Below the pieces are notes generated by a model. That model did no database searches. It was not told the origin of the DNA and saw nothing but the letters and a program-made list of their open reading frames with translations. Below, in pieces: positions 62,762-64,000 of a stretch of 64,000 nucleotides of DNA. The position numbers were made by a program, and so were the translations under genes. Origin of the DNA: Candidatus Helarchaeota archaeon (GTDB lineage Archaea > Asgardarchaeota > Lokiarchaeia > Helarchaeales > RDOG01); assembly GCA_019058315.1 (NCBI GenBank), contig JAHPZH010000007.1:64001-128000 (forward strand), in the 5' to 3' direction. Position 1 is the first letter of the stretch, and the number at the start of each line of letters is the position of its first letter.

Positions 62762-63205
62762 TTAAGTTTCAGTTTTTTTACTAGAAGGAGTAAGTTCCCA
62801 TATTGGATTGTCACCTAGAAACCATACAAAAATCCACTGTAAAAACATTAACACATTGGTCCAAATACCAACCGCAGCACACATACCAGTAGCAATTATA
62901 ACCATGATATCTACAGGCCATATATTTAAATTATCATTTTTAATTGGATCGAAACATATCAGATAATATAGAAGGACTCCTGCAAGAACAACACAAAGTT
63001 CAATAATATCTCGTAATCTAATTGGGTTCCCCATAAATTCTCCTATTAAATCAGGATAACTTCCTAGAACATTTAGCGGTTCGTATATACGTGGTCCAAT
63101 AAAAAAAATATATAGATATGCAAGACCTAATGAAGTTGTCGGTGCAAACCAGTTGAATGCTTTTCTCAAACTATTAGCTGGTTCCCAAACAGCCATATTA
63201 TTCAC
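62762..63205 (-). CDS. Membrane protein
   Basis: Several hydrophobic segments; AGGTGA SD. Confidence 0.7.
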   Translation of the reverse strand: MNNMAVWEPANSLRKAFNWFAPTTSLGLAYLYIFFIGPRIYEPLNVLGSYPDLIGEFMGNPIRLRDIIELCVVLAGVLLYYLICFDPIKNDNLNIWPVDIMVIIATGMCAAVGIWTNVLMFLQWIFVWFLGDNPIWELTPSSKKTET

Positions 63206-63283
63206 CTTTTTTAAGTTTATATAAAAAAAATATGGTTATAAAACCTTTAATATTATTATAAAGGAAATTTCTTTTTATTATAT

Positions 63284-63835
63284 TCACAAAAAAGTCTCTT
63301 TGATTATAGTATAAATAGGACCTTTTCTCGTCAGAACGCTTTTTTTTAACTGAAAAGATTTAATATCCATAGTTCCAAATTTAAAATCCTTAGATTCTGT
63401 TATTTTTTTTATTAACTGTTCTTTATTTTTTCCACTTCGAACTCGTCCTATTGTTGCATGCGGAGAATAATGACGCTCTTTTTTAAATCCTAATTTAACG
63501 AAATTTGGATTTAATTGATTGTATAATTGAATCATTTTATCAGCACCTTCACCAGCACCCACCCAAATTACTCTAGGAAATGAAAGCTTTGGAAAAACTC
63601 CAACTTTTTCTAAAGCTACTTTAAATGATTCTCCTTCCACTTTTTCCATAATATCAATAATTTTATCTATTATTGGCTTAGTAATATCTCCAAAAAATTT
63701 GAATGTAAAATGAATATTTTCCCTCTCTACAAATTTTATATTTGCAAATTTTAAATCATTTTGGAAATTGATTATTTTATCTAAAATAGCTTGATCTTTA
63801 ATTTCAATACACATAAAAGCTCTAATTTTTTCCAT
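63284..63835 (-). CDS. thpR: RNA 2',3'-cyclic phosphodiesterase (2H family)
   Basis: HFT and HAT 2H motifs, PRVIWVG, GPIY. Confidence 0.92.
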   Translation of the reverse strand: MEKIRAFMCIEIKDQAILDKIINFQNDLKFANIKFVERENIHFTFKFFGDITKPIIDKIIDIMEKVEGESFKVALEKVGVFPKLSFPRVIWVGAGEGADKMIQLYNQLNPNFVKLGFKKERHYSPHATIGRVRSGKNKEQLIKKITESKDFKFGTMDIKSFQLKKSVLTRKGPIYTIIKETFL

Positions 63836-63892
63836 TTTAACTCAATAATATACTCAAAATTTTGGATTTTTTTATTAGCTATAAAAAATTAG

Positions 63893-64000
63893 TTAGTGAT
63901 GATGGTCATGATGTCCACAACTTCCTCCACAAGATGCTGTGCTCATTTCTGAAAGCATGCCACAAAGAAAATCTCTCAACGCTTCTCTTACCGTTCCCAA
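63893..64000 (-). CDS. 3' end of probable NifB/NifX-family protein (partial)
   Basis: ...LGTVREALRDFLCGMLSEMSTASCGGSCGHHDHHH*; 5' part outside the window. Confidence 0.6.
   Translation of the reverse strand: MGTVREALRDFLCGMLSEMSTASCGGSCGHHDHHH

Noticed and set aside
1-64000. CRISPR arrays, tRNA/rRNA genes, transposases, integrases
   Set aside because: No regularly spaced direct repeats, cloverleaf/T-loop structures, long GC-rich RNA segments or DDE/tyrosine recombinase motifs seen by eye

Overview
Very AT-rich, gene-dense archaeal chromosomal segment, most likely an Asgard archaeon (Lokiarchaeia/Helarchaeales-like). This is inferred from archaeal core genes (tfb, rpoP, aIF1/SUI1, deoxyhypusine synthase, archaeal MAT, Taw1, NreA, translin) occurring with several eukaryote-signature-type proteins: a Rab-like GTPase, a longin/uDENN-like protein, a JAMM/MPN+ protease, a synapsin-like ATP-grasp and a LIM-like zinc finger. 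About 60 CDSs: amino-acid metabolism (leuA/cimA-like, leuB-like, trpB2), molybdopterin synthesis (moaC, moaB, 2x moeA), tRNA modification and MFS transporters. No rRNA, tRNA, CRISPR array or transposase was seen. Highlights: (1) ORF 22220-23104 aligns by eye along most of its length with the kinetochore protein CENP-N/Chl4 and lies between a LIM-like finger gene and a Rab-like GTPase. (2) Three adjacent genes (tfb, aIF1/SUI1, a radical SAM gene) have N-terminal segments reachable only from ATT/ATA starts, suggesting autoregulation of start-codon stringency. (3) A synapsin-like protein. (4) A >1333-aa secreted protein with three (alpha/alpha)6-like barrels, missed by the ORF track. (5) A 714-aa helical-repeat protein. 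All homology calls are by-eye motif recognition, not database searches.
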